Source of the DNA: a virus
Lineage: Duplodnaviria > Caudoviricetes
IMG/VR virus record: IMGVR_UViG_3300032164_000017
Location: 1 to 57,778 of that record
DNA length: 57,778 bases
Reading direction: 5' to 3' (one strand)
This document shows positions 1-9,635 of the stretch, piece after piece (within the stretch, counting starts at the first letter, position 1; every line of letters starts with the position of its first letter). Under the pieces are notes generated by a model. The model saw only the letters and a program-made list of their open reading frames with translations. It was not told the origin of the DNA and ran no database searches. The position numbers and the translations under genes are program-made.

Positions 1-26
1 GGCGGCGACCGACGTGCAGAAGAACG

Positions 27-368
27 TCAACCCCTCGAAGGAGGAACCACAGGGCCGGGAGCAGGAGAAGCAGGATGTTGATCCGAACGCTGTTGCTGTT
101 GCTGCGCATCTGACGGAGGAGCCGGAGACGGCGCCTCTGGAGGAGTCGTCGCCACCGGCAGCGTGATCAGAACTGGACGGCCCCCCGCAGGTTGCACAAC
201 AACTTGTGTGGGGGCCGTCGTTTTTTGTTCTTCGGGTTCTTCTGTGAACAGATCACTTACCCATTCACGAACAGGTGCAGTGAGCTGCTGGCCCAGGTCG
301 GTACGTAGAATGCCCGCGTGCTTCGTCATGAAGTAGCGAGCAGCACTCTTGAAGAACGTGGGTGTCAC
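27..368 (-). CDS. hypothetical protein, Pro/Gln-rich C-terminus, downstream of portal
   Basis: Co-oriented with portal; 4-nt overlap with upstream 365..817; no recognisable domain. Confidence 0.6.
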   Translation of the reverse strand: MTPTFFKSAARYFMTKHAGILRTDLGQQLTAPVREWVSDLFTEEPEEQKTTAPTQVVVQPAGGRPVLITLPVATTPPEAPSPAPPSDAQQQQQRSDQHPASPAPGPVVPPSRG

Positions 369-817
369 GACGATACCTCGTCCTCGCTCTTCTTTACTTT
401 ATCTAGCGGGGTGAAGTAACTGACTGCGATGACCATGGTACCGTCATTCAGTGTTTTGCGTTCTTCCCAGCGCAACATTGCGGAACCGTCGAGGATACGA
501 TTCATCAGTGCTTCGTAGTCCGCGGAATCATCCCGATCTTCGTACTCGAAACCAGCGTCTTTGCTGCCCCCTACCATCTGCTGACCCATGATGAAGCGCT
601 CGAAGTGCGCACGCAGGTTGTATTGAGGTACTCCCTCGGGTCTTGATTCACCTGGAGGCGGTTCATCGGTGATGATCTTCTCACCCTGGGGGATGGGGTA
701 CTGCGTCGGGAAGAGTTGAGGTATTGTGACGTTGGCGCCGCCCTTGCCGTTGTCATCCGGGAACTCCGACGCACGCTTCACCACCGAGGCGATGCTCTCT
801 TCTTGGCCCTTTCCCAT
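365..817 (-). CDS. hypothetical protein in portal operon
   Basis: ATG 3 nt after the portal stop with GGAGG upstream; 150 aa. Confidence 0.7.
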   Translation of the reverse strand: MGKGQEESIASVVKRASEFPDDNGKGGANVTIPQLFPTQYPIPQGEKIITDEPPPGESRPEGVPQYNLRAHFERFIMGQQMVGGSKDAGFEYEDRDDSADYEALMNRILDGSAMLRWEERKTLNDGTMVIAVSYFTPLDKVKKSEDEVSS

Positions 818-820
818 GAG

Positions 821-2539
821 CTAGCCTCCACCTTGCGCCTGGCGTTTCGCAGAGTACTCAGTCTGTGTTTGCTGTTCTTCCAGACGCTGCACCACACAGC
901 TGTACATCACGTAGTCTTCGACTTGCAGGGCGTGGAGTCGGCTCTTACGCATGCCCGCGTCGAGGCCCATCAGTTCTTGTACGATCTGATCGGCTTGTCC
1001 GATGACGGCTTGCTGGTCGTACTGCAAACCCGTCTGACCGAGCATCGCCTGCGAACGTGCTTGTTGTGCGAGGGACTGTTGTAGTTGCTGTGTCTCCTGC
1101 TGCATCTTCTGTTGGAAACGAATTTCGTCGAGCTGCTCTTGCAGACGACGTTCCCGTTCCTTCTTGAGGTCGAAGTCGTTGAGTTCTGCGATGGTCGTGT
1201 TCGAGATGAGTTGCGACTGCTGGTTCAGTTGCAGGATGAGCTGCTTCTGCTGTACGTCATCGATGAGCTTGAACTCGGTGAGTTCTACTTCAACGTTGGG
1301 CCAGCCCAGCATTTTGCAGGAGCGGGTGGTGACCCACTGGAGCAGTTCGTTCAGCTCGCCCGTGTAGGTGAGGAGCTGATTTTCCAACATACGAAGCGTA
1401 ATCGCAGACCCAGTGAACGACAGCCCGCCGTAGATGAATTCGCGTGGAATACCCATCGCAGCGATGATGGAGTCTTCAGCTTCTTTCACTTCACCGAGCG
1501 TGAGCAAAGCCCGGCCATCGCCACCGATCTGGAGCGAGTCAACAGGCACACCCGAATGGAAGATGGTGAGCGGGTCTTTGCGATGGCGTCCCAGACCGCG
1601 CTTGACCTCTTCGAACATGCGCGAGAGCGAGATGGTTTGGATGGGGTCTGCGTTCGCGGATGTTTGCTTGGGAAACAACACCCGGAAGGGCACGAGATGA
1701 TCGAGCGCAATCGCTTCATTCGCCTTGCGCAGAATCGCCGTGTAGAAGAAGAGCTTGATGGTGCTCGTCAGGGGTGGAAATCCCCACTGAGGATCGATGC
1801 CCGCAGGGGGTGCGACCTTCATGTGGTAGACATGGCCATCCTTGAACCGAAACATCTTGTTGTCGCGCGCTGCGGCGATGAATTCGAGGGGCAAGTGATT
1901 CAGCAACAGTTTGTTGCCTTGCCGGATGCGGTTCTTGATGTCGGGTGGGATCGAGTAGTAGTAGATGGATTTTCCCGAGATGGGATCGTGATCGATGTCC
2001 ATCTGTTTGGGGTCCCAACGGATGATGTGAATCTTGTGGGGGTCCGTCAGTCGCCGATCGATGACCTTGCCTCGCACCGTGCGGCGGCACTTGCGACAGG
2101 TGTATTCGAAGGTCATCGGTGTGTACTTGAAGCGGTAGTTCACGTGTTGGATGTTGACGAGCTTGTTGCACTGGGGGCACTTCAGAAAACGCGCGAAAGG
2201 TTGGTACAGGGAGATGAAGGAATTGCCGTAGATCCAACGGTCGCGTCCTGCAAGGATGAGAATCTCTTTCACGCGCAGGGTTTTTTCGAGCAGTTCCTTC
2301 ACACGATCTTCTGCGCCCCGGTTGGTGGTGTTGTAGGAGATGTCCGTGATGGGGTATTCGGAGAACTTCTTCAACGCAGCAAAGACCTGTGCTGAGTTGT
2401 AGTAGAGGTACTCCATCCACGCGAAGAGGTCGCGCAAGCGCCGGGGTACGAATCCGGTCACGAAGTCGAACATCGGATTGGGATGCGCTGTATTGTTTCG
2501 ATACAGGGATTCCAGATCCGTCAGGGCCATATCAGACAT
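821..2539 (-). CDS. phage portal protein (with Zn-ribbon insertion)
   Basis: 572 aa; portal-like segments (DRWIYGNSFISL, IIRWDPKQM, WGFPPL, IIAAMGIPREFIYG) and coiled-coil Gln-rich C-terminus; large terminase on same strand. Confidence 0.75.
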   Translation of the reverse strand: MSDMALTDLESLYRNNTAHPNPMFDFVTGFVPRRLRDLFAWMEYLYYNSAQVFAALKKFSEYPITDISYNTTNRGAEDRVKELLEKTLRVKEILILAGRDRWIYGNSFISLYQPFARFLKCPQCNKLVNIQHVNYRFKYTPMTFEYTCRKCRRTVRGKVIDRRLTDPHKIHIIRWDPKQMDIDHDPISGKSIYYYSIPPDIKNRIRQGNKLLLNHLPLEFIAAARDNKMFRFKDGHVYHMKVAPPAGIDPQWGFPPLTSTIKLFFYTAILRKANEAIALDHLVPFRVLFPKQTSANADPIQTISLSRMFEEVKRGLGRHRKDPLTIFHSGVPVDSLQIGGDGRALLTLGEVKEAEDSIIAAMGIPREFIYGGLSFTGSAITLRMLENQLLTYTGELNELLQWVTTRSCKMLGWPNVEVELTEFKLIDDVQQKQLILQLNQQSQLISNTTIAELNDFDLKKERERRLQEQLDEIRFQQKMQQETQQLQQSLAQQARSQAMLGQTGLQYDQQAVIGQADQIVQELMGLDAGMRKSRLHALQVEDYVMYSCVVQRLEEQQTQTEYSAKRQAQGGG

Positions 2540-2578
2540 CGGCGCTTCCTCAATTCATCTGAAAGGAGAATAGGTTAG

Positions 2579-3046
2579 GTGGCATCTGATTACAAGCGTG
2601 TGGTCTGCAACTTCTGCGTCCACAAGGTGAATTGTGAAGGATTGCGTGGACGCTTTTTGTGTGGACTCTGTCCCAAAGCACTGCTCTGTACCATGCACGG
2701 AGCCCTGGGGACTCCCGCCTGTACCTTCGTGACCGAGAGATGGACTGCAACTTTACCGAGTAAATGTCTGCTTGCAGCCAGTCTGCTGCCTGCGCTGGTC
2801 GATAAAGGGTCGAGTCAGTCTCTTGCGGTGAGCTTCGCAGAACCTCAAGAACTTCTGCCAGGGGGTGACGACGATGCGAACTGGATTTGTCCACGCTGTA
2901 GTCTCCCTCACTTGCAGAAAAAGGTCCATCACAATTGGAACGCAGGCATCGGTCGCAAGAATCAGTTGTCCACCGAATACAGGCTGGTCTGTTCGATTTG
3001 TGGCCTTGACGAGCGCAAAGTGCATGGAGTAATGTCGGCGAGATAA
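2579..3046 (+). CDS. Cys-rich putative zinc-binding protein
   Basis: GTG start after AAAGGAG; four CxxC pairs (CNFC, CGLC, CPRC, CSIC); ends 2 nt before SNF2 gene. Confidence 0.6.
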   Translation: MASDYKRVVCNFCVHKVNCEGLRGRFLCGLCPKALLCTMHGALGTPACTFVTERWTATLPSKCLLAASLLPALVDKGSSQSLAVSFAEPQELLPGGDDDANWICPRCSLPHLQKKVHHNWNAGIGRKNQLSTEYRLVCSICGLDERKVHGVMSAR

Positions 3047-3048
3047 AC

Positions 3049-4944
3049 ATGGAAACGCAAGTTCTAAAAATCACGAGCCTCAACGGAACGCCTGTTTTCG
3101 TCATCTACAGCACTGATCTCTCGTTCAAAAAAGTGTTCGGTGCCGTGACCAAGAAAGGTACGTTGCTCTGGTATTTTCCTGCGTTTTATCCCGTCTACAA
3201 GCTCGTGCTGAAGGATCTCAAGGCTCTGAAACTTCGGTTCGAAGTTTCAGAAGCGGCTCGCAATGCCATCGCACAACTCGAACGTTACGACGAACGTGTC
3301 GAGAAGCACGTATTGCCTCCGGGGTTCGCGTTCAAGACACAACCTTACGAGCATCAGCTCGAGGGGTTCATCCACGTGCTGTACAACATGCGCGTGGCAC
3401 TGTTCTACGCATGCGGCTTGGGCAAAACGAAAATCATCGTCGACTGGCAACGCGCCATCAACGCCAAGCCCCTCATCCTCTGTCCGCGTGTGGTGCTTCA
3501 TGTATGGGCTACGGAAGCAGCACGCCACGGGATTAACCAGGAGTACCGCATCATTGATGGACTGAGTCGCGAAGAGAAGAGTGCGCAGATCGCAGACGCG
3601 AAGAACTACTCAGGGATGGTCATCACTTATGGTTCTGCGCGACTCTACCTCGAGCAGATCCAGGCTGAGTTTCCCTACAACGCCATCGTCGCGGACGAGT
3701 CGCACTACATCAAAGACGCGCGCAGCGGTCGCACAGAGGCAGCGTTAACGCTGAGTCGCAAACCGAGTCGACGCGTCATCATGTCGGGGACACCTTCGAC
3801 AGGTGATCCTCGAGACATGTACTCGCAGTTTCGGTTTCTTTCACCTTGCTTCATGCCGGAGTCGTTCTGGAAATTCAAGCAGACGTTCTGCCGTACAGCG
3901 CCGATGAACAAGCGCATCGTGATTGGGTACAAGAATCTCCATGTACTCAACGAACGCGTGCGCCTGGTTGCGCTTCGTCGTACGAAGAAAGAGTGCCTGG
4001 ACCTACCTGAGCAGTACGTCGTTGACCTGCCCATCGACATGAAACCGAGTCAGCAGAAGTTCTACAACACGATCATTCTTTCGGAAGAGTTCGATGAATT
4101 GGCTCAGGCACTGATGCGCGAAGAGAAGATCCTCACGGAGCAGGGCCTCATCGACATCCCGAATGCGGCGGTACTCGTCAATAAACTTCTGCAAGTCGCG
4201 TGCGGCTTCATGTACCTCAAGGCAGATGTGCCCAACATCTGCGATGGATGTGCACACCTACGCGACTGCGTCGATGCGCACATCAAGCCGTACACTTCAA
4301 AGTGTCAAGTGAACTCAACGCCTGCGCCGTCCATTGTGCAGAGGATGCAGGAGAACGCGAAACTCGAAGTACTGATCCATAAGCTCGATGAGATCCTCGT
4401 GGAGCCCACCCACAAGTGCATCATCTGGGCGCAGTTTCGTCCGGAGATGGACTGGATCGAAGAAGCGATCAAGGACCATTGGAAGAAAACCAAACGCGCA
4501 TTCACGCTGGTACGTGCAGACGGAAATACGCCCAACGTGGCTGTGCCCGCAGCGAAGTTCGAAACAGACGAGTCCTGTCGCATTTACCTCGGACAAGTGG
4601 AAACGGGTGTGGGCATCACGTTGAATGCCGCAAACTACATGGTCTACTTCAGCCTGCCCTGGAAGCTACTGGCGTATGATCAGTCCATCGATCGAAACCA
4701 TCGCGTAGGGCAACGGCGAGATGTGACGGTGTTTCGACTGTTGTGCAGACACACCATCGATATTCACATTGCACGCGGGCTCTCCATGAAACGCACGGTG
4801 TCGGACACGATCATTTCAGCGTTGACGTGTGCGCGTTGCGATCGTCGTGAACGTTGTGCTGACCTTGGCATCGTTCTTTTCGAAGAGGGATGCCGTTACC
4901 AACGGGACGTACAGCGTCACGTTGCGAGAGCAAGGCAGGTTTAA
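3049..4944 (+). CDS. SNF2-family (SF2) helicase/ATPase
   Basis: CGLGKT Walker A, ADESH motif II, MSGTP motif III, GVGITLN motif V, QSIDRNHRVGQ motif VI. Confidence 0.92.
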   Translation: METQVLKITSLNGTPVFVIYSTDLSFKKVFGAVTKKGTLLWYFPAFYPVYKLVLKDLKALKLRFEVSEAARNAIAQLERYDERVEKHVLPPGFAFKTQPYEHQLEGFIHVLYNMRVALFYACGLGKTKIIVDWQRAINAKPLILCPRVVLHVWATEAARHGINQEYRIIDGLSREEKSAQIADAKNYSGMVITYGSARLYLEQIQAEFPYNAIVADESHYIKDARSGRTEAALTLSRKPSRRVIMSGTPSTGDPRDMYSQFRFLSPCFMPESFWKFKQTFCRTAPMNKRIVIGYKNLHVLNERVRLVALRRTKKECLDLPEQYVVDLPIDMKPSQQKFYNTIILSEEFDELAQALMREEKILTEQGLIDIPNAAVLVNKLLQVACGFMYLKADVPNICDGCAHLRDCVDAHIKPYTSKCQVNSTPAPSIVQRMQENAKLEVLIHKLDEILVEPTHKCIIWAQFRPEMDWIEEAIKDHWKKTKRAFTLVRADGNTPNVAVPAAKFETDESCRIYLGQVETGVGITLNAANYMVYFSLPWKLLAYDQSIDRNHRVGQRRDVTVFRLLCRHTIDIHIARGLSMKRTVSDTIISALTCARCDRRERCADLGIVLFEEGCRYQRDVQRHVARARQV

Positions 4945-4945
4945 C

Positions 4946-5563
4946 ATGCCAAAGATCACGATCACGTACAGTCACGATGAGTTTGTTGAGTTCATCACGG
5001 GGATGCTCGCAGTTCAGGGTTTGAAGCCGATGGCAGGCATCGTATTTGTACCGGACGCAGCTACTGATTCGCATGACGTAGACGACGTGCGCTTCGGTGT
5101 CGTCATCGACTGTGAACCGGGTCCTCTCAGCGAGAAGTGTCCCTCGTGTGGGGTGAAGCTCACGAACGGAGTGCCCGTCACCTCGGGACCCATACGTAGT
5201 TTTACGCCCGCAGAAATCGCAGAGGAGCGTGTCAAGTTGACTGCGGAGCTGCGTACCACGACAACGGCTCCTCGTGAGTACCCCGTCGATGAAGAGACGC
5301 ATGAAGTTCAAGATCCGGGCATCATCGATGAAGAACTGGGCGAGTCTTTCGCGCCTCCTTCTCCCAATGAAGGATTGCCATCCGTACATACCTCGGTCGC
5401 TGAAGAACCTGCGGAGGGTGGCGGTGACCCTATGAAAGCGTTGCTTGCGCAGAACAAACGTCTGACTGCGGTACGTACGCGTGAACGCGAAGCCCGCTTG
5501 GGTAAAGGCGGTGGCAGGGCCATGCCGGGTGAGTCCACGCGTCCCCCGAAGTCAGGAAGGTAA
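4946..5563 (+). CDS. hypothetical protein
   Basis: ATG 1 nt after SNF2 stop (start trimmed from 4829); one CPSC; acidic/low-complexity tail. Confidence 0.65.
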   Translation: MPKITITYSHDEFVEFITGMLAVQGLKPMAGIVFVPDAATDSHDVDDVRFGVVIDCEPGPLSEKCPSCGVKLTNGVPVTSGPIRSFTPAEIAEERVKLTAELRTTTTAPREYPVDEETHEVQDPGIIDEELGESFAPPSPNEGLPSVHTSVAEEPAEGGGDPMKALLAQNKRLTAVRTREREARLGKGGGRAMPGESTRPPKSGR

Positions 5564-5568
5564 AGCGG

Positions 5569-6516
5569 ATGGCCAAAGGAAGAGAAGAACTCGCGAACGA
5601 ACCTGTCATCGATATTGATGACAAGCTGCGCGAACACATCGCGAAGAACACGCCGGTAGGTGGGTATCAGTTGCCCACGGGGTACTTGAGCCACTCGCAA
5701 ATTGCGATGTACCTCAAGTGCCCGATGCAGTACTACCACCGTTACATCTGTGACAACAAGCGCCCGCCGGGCGTTGCGATCACTCTCGGTTCGGGTACCC
5801 ACAAAGCCGCAGAGTTCACGCACCATCACATCGTGGATCACAACGTACCTGCACCGGTGGAGCAAGTCGTCGCTGCTTTTTCGGACAGCTTCGATCACAA
5901 CGCAAAGGATGTTCCTGCCGAAGATTGGAAGGTAGAGGGTGTCAATCAAGGGAAGATCAAGGACACGGGCATTCAGCTCGTCAGTCTCTACAACCGTATC
6001 CTCGCACCCAAGGTCAAGCCGCAGGTAACGGCTAACGGCACACGCGGTATCGAAAAGAAACTCGAGATCAATGTCGAAGGTGTCCCTCTCGTAGGCTTTA
6101 TCGACCTCATCGATACCAACGCCGACGCCATCATGAGCGAAGAAGAGCGGACGCTTCTCAAGCAGTACGGCTCCGATGTTCCCGAGGTTTTCCGCACCGC
6201 CATTTCGGATTTCAAGACGCGTTCGAAGTCGGTTAGCGAAGATGAAATCAGAGGTTCTTTGCAACTCACGATCTACGCGTACGCCGAACAGATCAGTCTT
6301 GTCCGTTACGATGAGCTGCTGAATCAAAAGGTGCCCAAAGTAAAACGCATCCACAGCATGCGTACGACCCAGGACTACAAGTGGATGTTCGAGATCGTCA
6401 CGGGCGTTGCGCGTGCCATCACCGCAGGCGTATTCCCGCCATGTGATCCCACGTCGTGGGCCTGCACACCCAAGTGGTGCGGTTATTACTACATGTGTCG
6501 CGGCAAAGCCCGCTGA
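5569..6516 (+). CDS. PD-(D/E)XK nuclease, RecB/AddB/Cas4-like
   Basis: LSHSQ..YLKCP N-terminus, GFIDLID, ISDFKT, QLTIYA, C-terminal Cys cluster CTPKWCGYYYMC. Confidence 0.85.
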   Translation: MAKGREELANEPVIDIDDKLREHIAKNTPVGGYQLPTGYLSHSQIAMYLKCPMQYYHRYICDNKRPPGVAITLGSGTHKAAEFTHHHIVDHNVPAPVEQVVAAFSDSFDHNAKDVPAEDWKVEGVNQGKIKDTGIQLVSLYNRILAPKVKPQVTANGTRGIEKKLEINVEGVPLVGFIDLIDTNADAIMSEEERTLLKQYGSDVPEVFRTAISDFKTRSKSVSEDEIRGSLQLTIYAYAEQISLVRYDELLNQKVPKVKRIHSMRTTQDYKWMFEIVTGVARAITAGVFPPCDPTSWACTPKWCGYYYMCRGKAR

Positions 6517-6528
6517 GAGGAGTGCACC

Positions 6529-7782
6529 GTGAAGCCCGAGTACATCAAACATCTCCGTGACCACGCGAAAGAGATTCGAGAACAGTTCGCTGAGCTGTGG
6601 GAGAAGGCGGGGGTGGGACCAATCACTCCGGCGCAGGCACAGAACACGCTCGACGTGCTCTATGACCGTACGCACCTCGACATCCTCGAGACGATCAAGG
6701 ACTACACAGACTATTTCCCCACCGTACAGTGTTACCCTGGACGGCTCACAGCAGTCGATGCTCTCTGGTGGCTTGACCACGCGACTGCGGGCATCACTGA
6801 GTGGGGCACCATACGTTGGTTCTCTTCACGCAAGGTCACGCACCTTGAGAAGTGCACGGATAAGGCTGCGGCCGAAGCTCTCGCGAAGCGCCGTGGCGGT
6901 ACCGTCGTCGAAAAGAAAGGTGTGTTCTTCGCTCAGTGGATCGGGTTGCCCGGTGCGTGTACACACTTCGTGGTGTCTGCGACCGGTATTCCGTTCATGC
7001 TCCTCCGTCTCTTCGATGGCGCATGGGGTGAACCCAAGCGCAACGGAGACGCCATTCAGGTGGAGATGGTCAACGCGCTCGTCTGTCACCTCAACGGTCA
7101 CGATTGGTGCTACTGGGCTGGAAAGCTCCCTCCAGCGTTACTCGCGGTGCAGCGTCCCGAAGCACTCGAGAAGTCGTTTCGAGGTGCGACGCACATGCTG
7201 CCGTACACGTGGGAGCAAGTCATCACGAACATCAAGCTGAAGCGCCTCTGCGTGGCTGCGACGATGCGCCCTGGCGGCGCACGTATGTCTCGGCAACGAA
7301 TGAGTCAGCACACCGACTGGCGCGAATCAAAGTACGACATGGGTCCACTCTGGCCACTTGATCTTTGCAACGATGCGGCGTACGAAACATACCCCATCGA
7401 TTCCTACAGCTTCATGGAGCGTTTCGTGAAAGCTCCGGGTGCAGATGCCGTTGTGAACATCAATGAACTGCATGCGCTCGAAGAGCAAGCTGCCAGTGAG
7501 ACTGACGACGTGGATCGTTGGGACGCGGATGAAACGCTGAACAACGCACAAGAGATCCAGCAAGCCCTCGTGGACCTCTACGGACCGGCGATTCTTCCCA
7601 AGTACGGTGTGGATGGGAATCTCGGCGCAGAGAGCACCACAGCAACAAAACACTTCCAGCAAGACTGGAACAAGCACCAGCCTACAGACCGCATCAAGGT
7701 CGACGGTGTGCCTGGCACCGAGACCCGTAAACGTTTAGTCCAGGCTCTCCATGCGGATGGCTTCCGCACAACGCCTCTCTGA
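6529..7782 (+). CDS. putative endolysin: amidase-like domain plus C-terminal peptidoglycan-binding domain
   Basis: LDHATAG, THFVV, NGDAIQVEMVN, QHTDW..KYDMG amidase-like motifs; IQQAL..GVDGNLG..T..A.KHFQ..IKVDGVPG PG-binding signature. Confidence 0.7.
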   Translation: MKPEYIKHLRDHAKEIREQFAELWEKAGVGPITPAQAQNTLDVLYDRTHLDILETIKDYTDYFPTVQCYPGRLTAVDALWWLDHATAGITEWGTIRWFSSRKVTHLEKCTDKAAAEALAKRRGGTVVEKKGVFFAQWIGLPGACTHFVVSATGIPFMLLRLFDGAWGEPKRNGDAIQVEMVNALVCHLNGHDWCYWAGKLPPALLAVQRPEALEKSFRGATHMLPYTWEQVITNIKLKRLCVAATMRPGGARMSRQRMSQHTDWRESKYDMGPLWPLDLCNDAAYETYPIDSYSFMERFVKAPGADAVVNINELHALEEQAASETDDVDRWDADETLNNAQEIQQALVDLYGPAILPKYGVDGNLGAESTTATKHFQQDWNKHQPTDRIKVDGVPGTETRKRLVQALHADGFRTTPL

Positions 7783-7794
7783 AAGGAAAAATCG

Positions 7795-8202
7795 ATGAAG
7801 CTCACTGTGACACTCAAATGCGACCGCTCTGGCCGCACATTCGACAAAGAGATCGAGACCAGCGAGGTCGCAGCATACGAAGCCCGACAGAAAGTGCGTG
7901 AGGACACCCTCGCCAAGATCGAGGAGTTCTTCAAGGTGATCCCGGCGCAGGAACTGCCGGACCTCGTCTGCGTCTACCAGGGCAAGCTCCGTGCGTTCAT
8001 CAACGTCATTCCGGAGTACAACGACAAGGCAGTGGATCGTCTTCTCGAACAGCTCTTTCACGTCAGTGATCCTTCGGCACGCGTACGCAAAGCGAAGGTC
8101 ACGCGCAGTGCCAAGAACGGTGGCGAGAAGAAAGAGAAGGCCGACAAAAAAGCTGGCAAATCGGGGGTACAAGACAAGGCTGCATCCACATCTAACTCCT
8201 AA
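7795..8202 (+). CDS. hypothetical protein, Lys-rich tail (possible DNA binding)
   Basis: AAAGGA RBS; basic C-terminus. Confidence 0.65.
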   Translation: MKLTVTLKCDRSGRTFDKEIETSEVAAYEARQKVREDTLAKIEEFFKVIPAQELPDLVCVYQGKLRAFINVIPEYNDKAVDRLLEQLFHVSDPSARVRKAKVTRSAKNGGEKKEKADKKAGKSGVQDKAASTSNS

Positions 8203-8213
8203 CGGAGGCTACG

Positions 8214-8399
8214 ATGTCCGAGAAGGAGTTTGAAAAACTGGGCGTAGAGGAAAGTGAAGACGCTAAAACAGCGTCACGCAACCTCGATGACACAGCGCGA
8301 TTTTGTCCACGCTGTGGCACCTCGCTCGAGTCTGTCGAGAACACCAACGTCTTGACGTGCCCCAAGTGTGGCACCTTGCCGTTCGAACAGAAGCCATGA
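8214..8399 (+). CDS. small Zn-ribbon protein
   Basis: GGAGG RBS; CPRCG...CPKCG. Confidence 0.7.
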   Translation: MSEKEFEKLGVEESEDAKTASRNLDDTARFCPRCGTSLESVENTNVLTCPKCGTLPFEQKP

Positions 8400-8623
8400 G
8401 CAAGAGACGCGATAGACTCGTGCAGGAAATCGTCGAGCGGTACAAGCTCATCCGCGCGATTCACACGTGCGTCTATACCCGGGTGGGTGTGGACATTCAG
8501 CAAGTCGCACCAGAGTTCTTTTTTCTGGTGAACGACATCCTGGAGGGCAAACCGATAGACGTATCCTGCCTTCGCTTCGTGGACATGGAACGTGTCTACG
8601 AGTTTCTGAAGGAGGACAGATGA
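8396..8623 (+). CDS. hypothetical protein
   Basis: ATGA overlap with previous gene; start trimmed from 8303. Confidence 0.6.
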   Translation: MSKRRDRLVQEIVERYKLIRAIHTCVYTRVGVDIQQVAPEFFFLVNDILEGKPIDVSCLRFVDMERVYEFLKEDR

Positions 8624-8976
8624 CTCGTTTTGATAGCTTGTTGGACGGTCTTCACACAGTCGCCACGACGATGGCTAAAGCCACCGCACGGAAGAAGCGC
8701 ATTAACCGTGAGCAGGTGAAGGCCATCATGAACATCGTGACGACGATAGCGAACGCTGTAGGTCTTGCCATCCCGCAGGCCAGGCCCGCTGCGTTGGTGT
8801 TGAGTGGTTTGCAACATGCTGTGCCGCAAGCTCTCATCCCAGAGAATCCCCTGTTCAGTAAGTTGCGTGCAGTGAACAACGAGATCGATCAGACCACAGG
8901 CGAACAGAAGATGCGCCTCGAAGCTCAGCGTGATTTGCTGCTTCGCCTCATCGAAGAACAAGAACATACCCGATGA
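8620..8976 (+). CDS. hypothetical protein
   Basis: AAGGAGG RBS and ATGA overlaps at both ends; start trimmed from 8467. Confidence 0.65.
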   Translation: MTRFDSLLDGLHTVATTMAKATARKKRINREQVKAIMNIVTTIANAVGLAIPQARPAALVLSGLQHAVPQALIPENPLFSKLRAVNNEIDQTTGEQKMRLEAQRDLLLRLIEEQEHTR

Positions 8977-9635
8977 TTCTGACAGGATCTGAGATCGTAA
9001 AGGCACAAGAGCGGGGCGAGCTGCGCATCGATCCCTTTGTGATGTCGCAGCTCAATCCCAACAGCTACAACTTGCGCTTGGCGTCGACGCTGCGGGTGTA
9101 CACCGGGGGCGTAGAACCTGGTATGTTGCCGGTGTCTTCAGTGGTCTTGGATTGTCGCAAGGACAACCCGACGTACGCCTTCGAAATCCCTGAAGAGGGC
9201 CTCGTACTTTACCCGGGAAAGTTGTACCTGGGTGCCACCGTCGAGTATACCGAGACAGCGTTCTACGTTCCCATGTTGGACGGTCGTAGTTCTTTCGCAC
9301 GTCTCGGTCTCTCGATTCACCAAACAGGTGGCTTTGGGGACATCGGTTTCCGTGGTCACTGGACCATCGAGATTTCCTGTGTGGAACCCATTCGGATCTA
9401 CGCAGGTCTTGAAATTTGTCAGATTCGTTTTCAAGCTGCGTGTGGTGAACGCACGCTTCAGTACGATCAGATTCCCACGAGCAAGTACGCGCACCAGGTA
9501 GGACCAACTTCGAGTCGTTTGTTTCAGGAGACAACAAGGAGACAGCATGACAACCGAGAAGATGACAGAACAGCCGACCAAGCCGGCAACACCGCCTCCA
9601 GCGCCAAAGATGGAGGCCAAACCGTCGAACGGTGA
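8973..9635 (+). CDS. dcd: dCTP deaminase (dUTPase-like trimeric superfamily)
   Basis: MILTGSEI, QLNPNSYNLRL, GRSSFARLGL, GFRGHWTIEI, ICQIRF motifs. Confidence 0.9.
   Translation: MILTGSEIVKAQERGELRIDPFVMSQLNPNSYNLRLASTLRVYTGGVEPGMLPVSSVVLDCRKDNPTYAFEIPEEGLVLYPGKLYLGATVEYTETAFYVPMLDGRSSFARLGLSIHQTGGFGDIGFRGHWTIEISCVEPIRIYAGLEICQIRFQAACGERTLQYDQIPTSKYAHQVGPTSSRLFQETTRRQHDNREDDRTADQAGNTASSAKDGGQTVER

Noticed and set aside
1085-2395. 436-aa plus-strand ORF
   Set aside because: Antisense shadow of the portal gene.
5308-6780. 490-aa minus-strand ORF (likewise 9052..10245, 14120..15067, 23587..24702, 40063..41145)
   Set aside because: Antisense to well-supported genes; expected in GC-rich DNA.
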